Program-made: the position numbers and the translations under genes
DNA from: Candidatus Poribacteria bacterium
Lineage (GTDB): Bacteria > Poribacteria > WGA-4E > UBA9662
DNA: 29,090 nucleotides
NCBI GenBank assembly: GCA_046582655.1
Contig: JAYGDX010000320.1
Coordinates: 1-29,090 of the forward strand
Reading direction: 5' to 3'
Notes under the pieces: model-generated
The model's database searches: none
The model's input: the letters and a program-made list of their open reading frames with translations, nothing else
Told to the model about the DNA's origin: nothing
Part shown: positions 1-8,682 of the stretch, in pieces
Numbering within the stretch: the stretch's first letter is position 1
How the letters are laid out: each line of letters starts with the position of its first letter

Positions 1-180
1 CTTTTATAGCTTTCTGTACTTCTGGTGATAGATTTCTAAATTTGTCACTATCCAACGCAGCTCGGCGTTCTTCATCGGAAGCATTTTCTGCCCAGTCAAT
101 CCAACCTTTTGCTTCTGCTTGAACGCTGCCTTTACTGCTACTGTGTTTGCCGCGTTTCTTACCCTCTCCTTTCCCATTTT
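1..180. repeat. Direct repeat copy 1 (encodes the shared C-terminal module)
   Basis: Near-identical to 1898-2077 (offset 1897). Confidence 0.95.
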
Positions 181-1540
181 CTTTCCCTTGCTTTTTGGAA
201 ACGACTTTGGCTTCATCTTTGGGAACAGTTCGCTCGAAACCATTGGCCAGGTGGTAAAGATGGGAGGTCGAGCGTAGAATTATGGCATTGCCCACTATCG
301 CCGGTGAAGCGATAAAACTGGCATTCAAAACATTATCAGCCAACAGCTGAAACTCTCGACTGGCGGAAACCACCGCGATGTCTCCTTCCTGGTTAAAGAA
401 ATAAATTTTCTCATCGGCGTAAACAGGAGACGCCCAATGGTTGCCGCCAATCCGTCCTTTCCATATCTGATTCCCGGTTTTGGCTTCTAGGCAAGACACC
501 ACACCACCTTCATTGGTAAAGAATATCAAATCGTTTACAATTAGTGGAGACGGTATTTCAGGACTACCTCGTCGGTTACTCCAAACAACATGGCTATTGG
601 TTACATCTCCGCTACCAGAAGGATCAACAGCCAATAAAATTTTGGCCACTCCGGTTGTTAAAAAGACCAGACCGTTATCATAAATCGGTCGGCAAGCCAC
701 GTTCCAACCCCAACCCTGATGACGCACCCGCCACAATTCTTTCCCTGTTTGGGGATCATAGGAGAAAGTGGCTTCAGCCGCCGGACTAATCAACTGCTTT
801 TGGCCGTTGTGTTCAATAATGGTGGGGGTGGCATAGGATTTTCGGTTATCGTTCGGTTTCTCTTTTAAGGTCTTTTCAACATCTTTGACACCGTCAACCG
901 TGAGAACTTTAGCCAAGTCGTTTTTCACCTTCCGATTCTCTAACCAACGGGTTTGGCCGCTCTCTTTTTCCAAGGCGACGATAAACTGAACATCAACCCC
1001 GTCGTAAACTAAGAACAGTAAATCATCATCAATAATTGGAGACGAAGCTGGGCGAACACGATGGTCGCATTTCAAATCACGACGCTCCCACAATTTCTTT
1101 CCCGTTTGGGTGTCCAGGCAAGCGGTACCGTAAGTGCCAAAGTGGACATAGATACGCCCCTCTTCTACGACTGGAGTGGGAGAGGCGTGGCTATTCAAAC
1201 CCGGATATTCTGATTGTGGCTTTGCCTCGTCGAAAACCTTGATGTCATGAACAACTTTGCCGCTTTTCATGTTGATGCAAATGGCGAATAGTTCCGTTCC
1301 ATCCTCGCGCGCCGTAGTGAGCCATATCTGGTTTCCCCATACTACAGGTGAAGACCAACCTTTGTCGTGGATTGGCGTTTTCCAACGCACATTCTTACTC
1401 TCGGAAAATTCGATGGGAAGGTTTTGGGCTTGAGATTTGCCATCTCCATTTGGGCCACGAAACTGGTTCCAGTATTCAGCTCCAGTATTAGTTGCCAGAA
1501 AGTAACAACACGTTACTAATATCAACACTGGTTTTTTCAT
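1..1540 (-). CDS. PQQ-binding-like (BamB-type) beta-propeller secreted protein, 3' end runs off the window
   Basis: Not in the ORF track because it has no stop inside the window. Hand translation from ATG 1540: MKKPVLILVTCCYFLATNTGAEYWNQFRGPNGDG...RWKTPIHDKGWSSPVVWGNQIWLTTA...SYATPTII...HWASPVYADEKIYF...FIASPAIVGNAIILRS, then a K/G-rich linker and GSVQAEAKGWIDWAENAS... The frame is consistent down to position 2. Confidence 0.9.
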   Translation of the reverse strand, partial: MKKPVLILVTCCYFLATNTGAEYWNQFRGPNGDGKSQAQNLPIEFSESKNVRWKTPIHDKGWSSPVVWGNQIWLTTAREDGTELFAICINMKSGKVVHDIKVFDEAKPQSEYPGLNSHASPTPVVEEGRIYVHFGTYGTACLDTQTGKKLWERRDLKCDHRVRPASSPIIDDDLLFLVYDGVDVQFIVALEKESGQTRWLENRKVKNDLAKVLTVDGVKDVEKTLKEKPNDNRKSYATPTIIEHNGQKQLISPAAEATFSYDPQTGKELWRVRHQGWGWNVACRPIYDNGLVFLTTGVAKILLAVDPSGSGDVTNSHVVWSNRRGSPEIPSPLIVNDLIFFTNEGGVVSCLEAKTGNQIWKGRIGGNHWASPVYADEKIYFFNQEGDIAVVSASREFQLLADNVLNASFIASPAIVGNAIILRSTSHLYHLANGFERTVPKDEAKVVSKKQGKENGKGEGKKRGKHSSSKGSVQAEAKGWIDWAENASDEERRAALDSDKFRNLSPEVQKAIK

Positions 1541-1674
1541 TTCACTTTTTCCTTTACCTTATCAATTAAACTGACATGTAATAATCGGCCAACTTCTGTT
1601 GCAAACTGCGGACAACGTTAAACAAGTGTGCCTTGATGGTTCCTTACTACTTATGATATTAGGTGTTTGGTCAG

Positions 1675-1820
1675 CTATTTCCGGTCATGCACGACATTTT
1701 CATGAACATCTGTCAGTCGAAAATCATGCCCTTGATATCTGTAGGCCAATTTCTGGTAATTCCATGCCCATCAGATGAAGAATGATAGCGTGCGGATTGT
1801 GGATATGGCCTTTGCTTTCC
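1675..1820 (-). pseudogene. C-terminal remnant of a DUF1501-family gene
   Basis: Reads [19 protein letters not shown], frameshift, then [28 protein letters not shown]. This matches the typical DUF1501 end (HVHDLHATILHLLG...[18 protein letters not shown]). Confidence 0.8.
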
Positions 1821-1880
1821 CTGCTGTGTCCCCGTAATACACAAAACCGAAAAATGAGGCATTTAGCCCTTTCTTCCATA

Positions 1881-2561
1881 TCAGTCATCTATTCCCTCTT
1901 TTATAGCTTCCTGTACTTCTGGTGATAGATTTCTGAATTTGTCACTATCTAACGCAGCACGGCGTTCTTCATCGGAAGCATTTTCTGCCCAGTCAATCCA
2001 ACCTTTTGCTTCTGCTTGAACGCTGCCTTTACTGCTACTATTTTTGCCGCGTTCCTTACCTCCTCCTTTTCCATTTTTGCCTCGGCTTCGTTTGCCCCGA
2101 TCGCTTTTTCCTTGGCCACGGCCTCTAGAGCCTTCTTTAGCCTCTTCTCCTCTACCGCTTCTTCCTCGGTTACCTCGTTGCCCCTTACCTGAATTCAGAA
2201 ACTGAAGTCCTCCGCCTAATAGCGAAATTGGTTTTCCCCCGCTATTCAAGCTGACCTGATTATCCCCGATATTCTCCACCTTGGCTCCTTGGATTTGATC
2301 ACCAATACCAACATAATGGGTTTGGTTGGAACGAGTCTCTTTAATCAGGGCTTTTGAAGAGCCCTTAGACAGAATCTTGGTGGCGATTAATTCATATTTT
2401 GGGCTAGTATTCGGTGGTCGCCAGCCAAGAGGGCGAAACAGGTTATAGTCGATAATGCTCTGGTAGTATGACCAATCTGCCACCTGTGTTTTTGGTTGTC
2501 CTTCACTTTTATGCGCGGCGATTAATCCAAAAAGGAGCAAAATCCCCATTATCTTTTTCAT
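1881..2561 (-). CDS. Secreted protein with a GspC/PilP-like beta domain, basic G/R/K linker and shared helical C-terminal module
   Basis: Signal-peptide-like N-terminus. The segment NLFRPLG...YELIAT...ALIKE...YVGIGDQIQGAKVENIGDNQVSLNSGG resembles the T2SS GspC HR / PilP domain. Confidence 0.65.
   Translation of the reverse strand: MKKIMGILLLFGLIAAHKSEGQPKTQVADWSYYQSIIDYNLFRPLGWRPPNTSPKYELIATKILSKGSSKALIKETRSNQTHYVGIGDQIQGAKVENIGDNQVSLNSGGKPISLLGGGLQFLNSGKGQRGNRGRSGRGEEAKEGSRGRGQGKSDRGKRSRGKNGKGGGKERGKNSSSKGSVQAEAKGWIDWAENASDEERRAALDSDKFRNLSPEVQEAIKEGIDD
1898..2077. repeat. Direct repeat copy 2 (shared C-terminal module)
   Basis: Near-identical to 1-180. Confidence 0.95.
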
Positions 2562-2620
2562 CTCAATCTTCCCATTTTCAATAACTGATATGCTAATTTT
2601 GAATGCTGATCTTCACCGGT

Positions 2621-3200
2621 TTAGGCTTGAACATAGTCGGCCAGTAGCTGTCGCAATTTTCGAATGCTGTTGAAAAGTTGTGCTTTTACTGTTCCAATTC
2701 GTAATCCCAGAATATCCCCGATTTCTCGCAGCGGCAAATCCTGATAATATCGAAGCACAAATACCTGCCGTTGTCGGAGTGGAAGTTTTTCAATGGCCTG
2801 TTTGATCTGGTCTTGTATTTCACTGGCTTCCGTTGTGCTGACGACTTGATCATCAGTCACTCGCGGGTGACTGATGATCGTTCGGGAACTCATCCGGAAA
2901 CAAATGTTCTGGACGATTCTTTCGTCGTCTTGTGTAGTCAATACCAGCATTATAGGCGATTCGGTATAGCCAGGTATAAAACTTGGATGAGCTTTCGAAG
3001 TTTGGTAAGGCACGGTAGGCTTTGATGAAAACCTCCTGCGACAGATCGCTAGCTTCATCCACGTTTTGGGTAAAACGATAAGCGATCTCATAAACTTTGC
3101 GCTGATACTTTTTGGCCAACAAACCAAAAGCCTCTGAATACCCAGCTTGGCTCTGTTCCACTAAGATTTGATCCGGTTTATCGGGCATGGGCAACTCCAT
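2621..3200 (-). pseudogene. ECF sigma-70 factor split by a +1 frameshift between the sigma2 and sigma4 domains
   Basis: ORF 3200-2853 carries sigma2 (DLSQEVFIKAYRALPNF...FYTWLYRIAYN). Sigma4 (LPLRQRQVFVLRYYQDLPLREIGDILGLRIGTVKAQL) is in a different frame ending at 2621. Confidence 0.85.
2848..2879. repeat. 32-bp near-perfect palindrome at the sigma frameshift
   Basis: GATCATCAGTCACTCG|CGGGTGACTGATGATC, with one mismatched pair. Confidence 0.9.
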
Positions 3201-3289
3201 TTTTACTGGATTTGAAATTTGTTCTTACACCTTATTTTTAGTAATTTGAGGTTTCTTAGTTGGCCCAGAAACCAGAGGATCACTATTTC

Positions 3290-4306
3290 TTAATCATCTA
3301 CTAGATTGGTGGTTTTCTTGACTTGCCCCCAGGCATGGGTTCTGAGGTTATCAGCAGGTGAGACTGAAAGGGTTGAAGGGGTAAACCAACTGGGTTGATA
3401 GTCGGGTGCGGGATGATTGGTCAGGTTACGGAGGTTTTCCCCATTACTATCCATCATGTAGACTTCATAGTTTCCTGTGCGGTCGGAACTAAAGATAATT
3501 TGTCTGCCATTTGGTGACCAAACGGGCTCACTATTACCATCTAAATTATTGGTCAATTGACGTAGGTTTTTGCCATTGACATCTATCAGGTATATGTTTT
3601 CTCCCTTAATTCCTGCCTGTCCAGTGAAAACGAACTGTCTGCCATCAGGTGACCACTTAGGTGATTCTGTCCAAGTTAATTTAGGATTCTTAGCCACCTG
3701 ACGTGGGTTTTTTCCGTCCACATTTATGACGTAGATTTCACTGCTTTTCCCCTTTGCATCCTTATCGATAACTATTGAAGTAAAGACAATTTGTTTCCCG
3801 TCAGGTGACCAGTCAGGTGAGTCGATCCAAGTGAATTTAACATCGTTGGTTAGTCGACGTAAATTATCACCTACGGTATCCATTACATAAATTGCCGATG
3901 CGTTACCTCCATCTCGATTGGAGATAAAGGCAATCTGTTTGCCATCAGGTGACCATGTTGGATGGCGATCATCACTGGGATGATCGGTTAACTGACGTAG
4001 GTTCTTACCCTCTTTATCCATCACATATATGTCATTGTTTCCACCTCCTTTTTTATCCTTACCACCTCCTTTAGCATTCGAACTTCTTTGAAATACAATC
4101 TGTTGTTTATCAGAAGACCAAGATGGATTAATATCTGTTTTCGGATTGTTAGTTAGGTTACGAGGATTATTGCCATCGATATCCATGACATAGATCTCTG
4201 AGTTCCAATCTCTATCCGATACGAAGAGAATACGGGTATGGCCAATTATGTGGAAGGATAAGAATGTAATCAACATCAAACACTGGGGAAAAAATTTGTA
4301 CTTCAT
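3290..4306 (-). CDS. TolB-like / PD40-repeat beta-propeller with C-terminal TWG-type tail
   Basis: Repeated P-x-WSPDG(K/R)QI-x-F...IYV(M/I)D units, an N-terminal hydrophobic stretch, and the tail SVSPADNLRTHAWGQVKK. Confidence 0.9.
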   Translation of the reverse strand: MKYKFFPQCLMLITFLSFHIIGHTRILFVSDRDWNSEIYVMDIDGNNPRNLTNNPKTDINPSWSSDKQQIVFQRSSNAKGGGKDKKGGGNNDIYVMDKEGKNLRQLTDHPSDDRHPTWSPDGKQIAFISNRDGGNASAIYVMDTVGDNLRRLTNDVKFTWIDSPDWSPDGKQIVFTSIVIDKDAKGKSSEIYVINVDGKNPRQVAKNPKLTWTESPKWSPDGRQFVFTGQAGIKGENIYLIDVNGKNLRQLTNNLDGNSEPVWSPNGRQIIFSSDRTGNYEVYMMDSNGENLRNLTNHPAPDYQPSWFTPSTLSVSPADNLRTHAWGQVKKTTNLVDD

Positions 4307-4395
4307 TGCTTAATTTCCTGTTGAGATAGATTATACATACTGACTTGTTAGGTTGAGGTAGTGGAGAGTAAAAAAACTAAGACCTTACCTACTGT

Positions 4396-4602
4396 TTAGG
4401 ATTTTAGCTTTGCCTTATTCAAGAATTCCAGTTTGGCGTCAGCCTGTTTCTTAGTAATCCTGCCGGCTTTGACCATTGCTTCGATCTTCATGATTTCAGC
4501 TTCTTTCTTGTTTGTTTTGTTGACTTTGACTATTGCTTCTATGATAACTCGTTGTGCTTCGGCTGGTAAATGCCTAAACTTTTCTTCGTTTATAGCTCTC
4601 CT
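4396..4602 (-). pseudogene. Frameshifted C-terminal continuation (68 codons) of the M56 peptidase
   Basis: Skipping the T of TAG at 4603 gives RRAINEEKFRHLPAEAQRVIIEAIVKVNKTNKKEAEIMKIEAMVKAGRITKKQADAKLEFLNKAKLKS*, which contains a fourth KAGRITKKQA repeat. Confidence 0.85.
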
Positions 4603-6067
4603 ACCTTACTTCTGCTGAAGCATTTCGTAAATAGTCAAGCCAATCTCTGGCTTCCTCTTGCTTGTTTATTTTACCAGCTTTGGCTGCTTCTACGATTTCG
4701 GCTTCCGCTTTGTCGTAGTACCCATCTTTGTCGTCATCGCCCCAAAGCTTCTCCTTCAAGGCTTCAAGTCTGGTGCCAGCTTCTCTTCTGGTAATCCTAC
4801 CGGCTTTGGCTGCTGCCACGATTTCGGCTTCCGCTTTTTTGTACCAGATCTTGCGTTTGTCTTGGTCTAGGTCATCGTCTTCTTCTGCCCGAAGTCGTCG
4901 TCTTAGACTTTCAAGTCTTTCGCCAGCCTGTTTCTTGGTAATCCTGCCGGCTTTGGTCGCTTTCATGATTTCGGCTTCCGCCTTGCCATAACCCTCGATT
5001 CTCTTCTTCTTAGACCTATCAATCACTAGATTATAGGTCCCTTCAACGGCAGGTGCGCTTAAATTGTTACTATCACCATCTTCTGATGTGTTAGCTGTTT
5101 GAGAGAACAGTGAGAGTTGGACCGTTCGGAGCGGAACCAACTGCGCCATGGCTAGCAAGGGCAGGCTTGTCAACAGTACGGCTGTAGCCATCAACAGAAA
5201 GCGTGGCTTCGGTTGCAGATCCAGCCGACGATTGGTTTTCAGTATGGAACCAATGCGAGCTTGCAATTGCGATGGTTGGTTCAGTGCTAAAGCCAGAGGT
5301 ATGGACGGGGCATGGTCGCAATTCAGATCCAGCAAACACTGAGCATAGTTTTTACGCGCTCCCGTCAATCGAATCACCCAGTCATCACAGATCTGCTCCC
5401 GCATTTCAGCCAGCTGACGGCTGAGTAAATGGTAGAGCGGATGGAAAAAGAATATGGCTCCCACCAAGTGTGAAAACAGGTTGGTCAACCAATCCAGTCT
5501 TCCAATATGGGCCAATTCATGCACGGCTACCAGCTCAAACTGCTCCAGGCTGAGACTTGGCGGAATCAGTATGTGGGGCGACTTCCAGCCAAAGGAGATG
5601 GGTGAGAGGATCTGGTTTGAGAAGCAGACGGTCACCGGACGATCAATTTTCATCTGCTGGGCCAGTCGCAAGCATGCTGTCTGGTAGGAATCACCCACCA
5701 CCGTGGCCGATCGCTGAAGTTGACTGATACGATGCAGGCCGGACAATAGGTGTGCCAGCATCATCAGCACACCTATCCCCCACAAACATAGCAGTCCATC
5801 GATCCAACCCCTGTTTTTCTCGGTGGCTGAAAGGGTTACATTCGATTGGTCTTGGGTTGATTCGGTGTGGATGGAGTTGATCGAGATACCCGGCACAACA
5901 TGGTTTAAGCTGAACAAGATGGGCAGGCTGATTAAGGTCAGCAACCAGAAGGCGTGGTAGGCCGTGTTAGATCGGCGTAAACGGGTAGATAGCAACCAGA
6001 TGAAGCCAACCAGCAGTCCCCACTGCCAAGAGCAATTGAGCAATGCAGTCAGGATCTGTTTACTCAT
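4601..6067 (-). CDS. M56 family (BlaR1/MecR1-like) membrane metallopeptidase with helical C-terminal repeats
   Basis: HELAH zinc motif, FFFHPL, REQICD and multiple TM segments. Its start overlaps the blaI-like stop. Confidence 0.92.
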   Translation of the reverse strand: MSKQILTALLNCSWQWGLLVGFIWLLSTRLRRSNTAYHAFWLLTLISLPILFSLNHVVPGISINSIHTESTQDQSNVTLSATEKNRGWIDGLLCLWGIGVLMMLAHLLSGLHRISQLQRSATVVGDSYQTACLRLAQQMKIDRPVTVCFSNQILSPISFGWKSPHILIPPSLSLEQFELVAVHELAHIGRLDWLTNLFSHLVGAIFFFHPLYHLLSRQLAEMREQICDDWVIRLTGARKNYAQCLLDLNCDHAPSIPLALALNQPSQLQARIGSILKTNRRLDLQPKPRFLLMATAVLLTSLPLLAMAQLVPLRTVQLSLFSQTANTSEDGDSNNLSAPAVEGTYNLVIDRSKKKRIEGYGKAEAEIMKATKAGRITKKQAGERLESLRRRLRAEEDDDLDQDKRKIWYKKAEAEIVAAAKAGRITRREAGTRLEALKEKLWGDDDKDGYYDKAEAEIVEAAKAGKINKQEEARDWLDYLRNASAEVR

Positions 6068-6443
6068 CAGTTTCTCCTTCTGGTTGGTAATTGTTGATCA
6101 ATTGTTGTAAGCGCTCGTGTTCAGCGGCGTCCAACTGTTCAACTTCAAGTAAAGTGTTGACCAGTTTCTCAGCTGAATTGTCGAAGAATCGTTCCAGCAA
6201 ATTGCTAAGCATAGAATGGGAAAACTCTGACTCCTTGACCAGGGGTTGGTAAAGAAAAGTCCTGCCCACTACCTGATAGGACAAAAAGCCCCTCTTTTCC
6301 AAGCTCTTCATAGTGCTAGCTATGGTGGTATAGGCTAGCTTACGGTCAATATGGTCTAGCACATCGTTAACAGTAGCCTGTCCCAGTTTCCAGACCTCTT
6401 TCATCACCTCTAGATCCAAACGGTGTAATACCTTGTCTTTCAT
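6060..6443 (-). CDS. BlaI/MecI/CopY family transcriptional repressor
   Basis: LEVMKEVW...LAYTTIASTMKSLEKRGFL...GRTFLYQPLV...LLERFFDNSAEKLVNTLL. Confidence 0.95.
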   Translation of the reverse strand: MKDKVLHRLDLEVMKEVWKLGQATVNDVLDHIDRKLAYTTIASTMKSLEKRGFLSYQVVGRTFLYQPLVKESEFSHSMLSNLLERFFDNSAEKLVNTLLEVEQLDAAEHERLQQLINNYQPEGETDE

Positions 6444-6467
6444 TCGATTTTATCCTTATCTAATCTA

Positions 6468-6494
6468 TTCCGGTCTAAAAGGCAGAGACCAGAA
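6468..6494 (-). promoter_or_regulatory. Leader hairpin upstream of blaI-like copy 1
   Basis: mRNA UUCUGGUCU-(9 nt)-AGACCGGAA forms a 9-bp stem with one G-U pair, ending 25 nt before the ATG. Confidence 0.45.
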
Positions 6495-6531
6495 GGTTTG
6501 GAGTGGAAACAGCACGGTGATACTTCCAGTG

Positions 6532-6588
6532 AGTATTTATATGTAATACTATAATAATAGAATATAAGGTTGCGACTTAGATTGTCAA
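6532..6588 (-). promoter_or_regulatory. Sigma70-type promoter and candidate BlaI operator
   Basis: TTGACA at 6588-6583, with TATATT or TATTCT 16-18 nt downstream. Inverted repeats AGTATT-N7-AATACT (6532-6550) and TACTA-N6-TAGAA (6547-6562). Confidence 0.6.
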
Positions 6589-6888
6589 GGGGAAAATGTT
6601 TTTTCTGAAGAGGCGGCGCACTCATAGGATCTGCTAGGGTTGAGGCTCAAGCGATTTAGAAGCAACTAATGCGGTAAATATAGCTATAATCCATATCTTA
6701 GATTGGCTAATCTATGATTTAATGTTATTCTTTTTTCGAGTACCAAATCCTGACCCAATCGGGCATGGTCATGCCGGCACCAGGTTACATACCCCGTATG
6801 GAATTAAAGTTAGAAGACACCTACCATTCAAGTAGGGAATATCCACAATCGAGCAGTCGTATTTAAGTTAAAAATTAAGTACAAGCTT

Positions 6889-6986
6889 AGGTAAATTTTT
6901 TGTCATAAGATTCTGTCATGGGACAGTCACTATTCTGTCATATGTTCTGTGGATTTGTATTCACGGTAGTATGTTTACGGTTACCT
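6889..6986. repeat. Intergenic element copy 1 (GGTAA...TTACC ends, internal TGTCA repeats)
   Basis: Both end blocks match those of 14880-14953. Confidence 0.6.
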
Positions 6987-7056
6987 GTCTTTCTGTTTCT
7001 TATCCATAAGCTCAACGCAATCAACAAGTAAGTTATAGAGGGAGTAAAAAAAACAA

Positions 7057-8682
7057 GTGACACTAGCTGACGAAACCATGATCAGTAAGGCGGTCAAGAA
7101 AGACTCTGGCAATGGGCCCAAAATCATTGTCAGCTTTGGCCAAGGGGAGATTGCTTATTTAATCAACAAGGAATCCTCTGATGCCTCTTGCTTTTTGACC
7201 TTTCCTAAGCTGTTGCAGGCCAAGGCGTCTTCCAAAGACGGCCAAGTCGGAAGCCAGCAGAACCCAGTGCCCCTGATTGTGGATTCTTCCAGTGCTAAGG
7301 GAATCGTGCTTGAACGGAGACACGGTGTGGACCAAGGTAAACACGAGGGAAAACCTGTCAACTGGCTGGTGGTCGGTGAGGCAGAGAAGGCAATCCGAGT
7401 CTATATGACAGAGGATGGCATCGTCTACTGGGCAGACAAGCTCAACCAGCCAGTTGTTGACGCGCCACAGTGCTTGATAGTGGACCGTGGCCAGTTGAAA
7501 GAGAATACTGAGGTGCTGCTCTACGGTCTTCTTGATGCCGGGGAAGGAAAAGAGATTCAGCAGTTTGTGCTTAATAGTGATGGCACGCTGTCCCCAATGC
7601 GTGCACCAGACTTGATTTGGGGGTGGGAGCCACCGGCCATCAAGAAGGCCAGAATGGACCTTGTGTCTGAGTTTGTGGTCAAGCATGCCGGGTGGCCACC
7701 TGAGGTGACCCCTTCCTCTTGCAAGACCAATGAACTAAAGGGTGGCGGATCACCATTGACGGAGATCATCTACACCGTTGAATCACCGAATGAAGAGGTT
7801 ACTCCCTCCAAAGTGGTACTGAAGCGGTACGTTGATAAGCCACTGAGAAATCGACGCCTGGTGGCGGCATCCAATGCCTTCTCCAGGGTAGGTGGATCAC
7901 CGACTATCATTGCCTCCACCGATAACTGGGTCATCGAGCCATTCGCTGGCCAGAAGCCAGAATTTAGCCCCGAAACTTGGATGAGGCGGATGGCAGACCT
8001 GGCGGCACGGCTGCACACAGCCCCCACCGACTGGTTCGACTCTTGGCAAGAAGAGATGCGTCAGAAGTACCCTTGTCTGCAGAATGTGCCAGTCGGGTCA
8101 CTGATCTGGTCCTGTGTTGCTTACCATGACGGCAACCTGGAAAGGTATACAGCCGAGGATATGGAGCAGCTAAGCACCGCCATACCCATGCCATTATCCA
8201 AGAGCGGGGGTGAGGTAGTGAGCACACACGGAGACTTGCATAAGGGCAACACTTTGTTAACCCCGGCCGATGTGCTGGTGGCGGTAGACTTTGAGCATTC
8301 TTGCGTTAGCCAGGTACGACAAGACTTATTGTACAATTCCTGGGAGCGTGGACTCAACCGGCGGATTCTGTGCACCGCTTACCTAAAGACCAGAGGCTTG
8401 CCTTGCAGCGAGCGAGAGGTAGATTTGCTGGCAGTGGATATCATCGTAGCGGCAGTGGTATATTTCCGCTTGTTGAGAGGGTTACTATTTCCAAAGGAAG
8501 CTGGTGGCGACCGAATGGAGATGAAGCAGGCTTTGTCGGAGCTGAACAAGCTAACTCCGGCAGTGCAAGGTTTGAAGGATGACCTAGAGGGATGTGCCCG
8601 CGTGGTGGACAAAACTGATGTCCGGAAGTGCATGGGCAACATAGACCTGCTGGTGGATCTGTGCACTAAGAGTTGGTTCTGA
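7057..8682 (+). CDS. Choline kinase/APH-like phosphotransferase with an N-terminal ricin-B-like region
   Basis: KVVLK, HGDLHKGN (Brenner motif) and VDFE. The N-terminal part has CLIVDRGQLKENTEVLL...QQFVLNSDGTL. Start is GTG 7057 (GGGAG upstream) or ATG 7078. Confidence 0.75.
   Translation: MTLADETMISKAVKKDSGNGPKIIVSFGQGEIAYLINKESSDASCFLTFPKLLQAKASSKDGQVGSQQNPVPLIVDSSSAKGIVLERRHGVDQGKHEGKPVNWLVVGEAEKAIRVYMTEDGIVYWADKLNQPVVDAPQCLIVDRGQLKENTEVLLYGLLDAGEGKEIQQFVLNSDGTLSPMRAPDLIWGWEPPAIKKARMDLVSEFVVKHAGWPPEVTPSSCKTNELKGGGSPLTEIIYTVESPNEEVTPSKVVLKRYVDKPLRNRRLVAASNAFSRVGGSPTIIASTDNWVIEPFAGQKPEFSPETWMRRMADLAARLHTAPTDWFDSWQEEMRQKYPCLQNVPVGSLIWSCVAYHDGNLERYTAEDMEQLSTAIPMPLSKSGGEVVSTHGDLHKGNTLLTPADVLVAVDFEHSCVSQVRQDLLYNSWERGLNRRILCTAYLKTRGLPCSEREVDLLAVDIIVAAVVYFRLLRGLLFPKEAGGDRMEMKQALSELNKLTPAVQGLKDDLEGCARVVDKTDVRKCMGNIDLLVDLCTKSWF

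Noticed and set aside
4..1242. Short ORFs 4-243(-), 109-315, 480-683, 544-789 and 1036-1242(+)
   Set aside because: They are alternative-frame or antisense shadows of the PQQ-propeller gene starting at 1540.
2861..3127. N-terminal half of the 168-aa ORF 2621-3127
   Set aside because: Out-of-frame overlap with sigma2; only the part from ~2860 down is sigma-like.
4433..5687. Hydrophobic-looking plus-strand ORFs (4433-4618, 4570-4794, 4658-4870, 4728-4991 and others)
   Set aside because: Antisense mirror of the K/E/A-rich M56 repeats and the peptidase domain.
6060..6443. Beta-lactam resistance locus (blaI/blaR1/blaZ)
   Set aside because: No beta-lactamase or PBP nearby and the M56 protein lacks a penicillin-binding domain, so gene symbols were not assigned.
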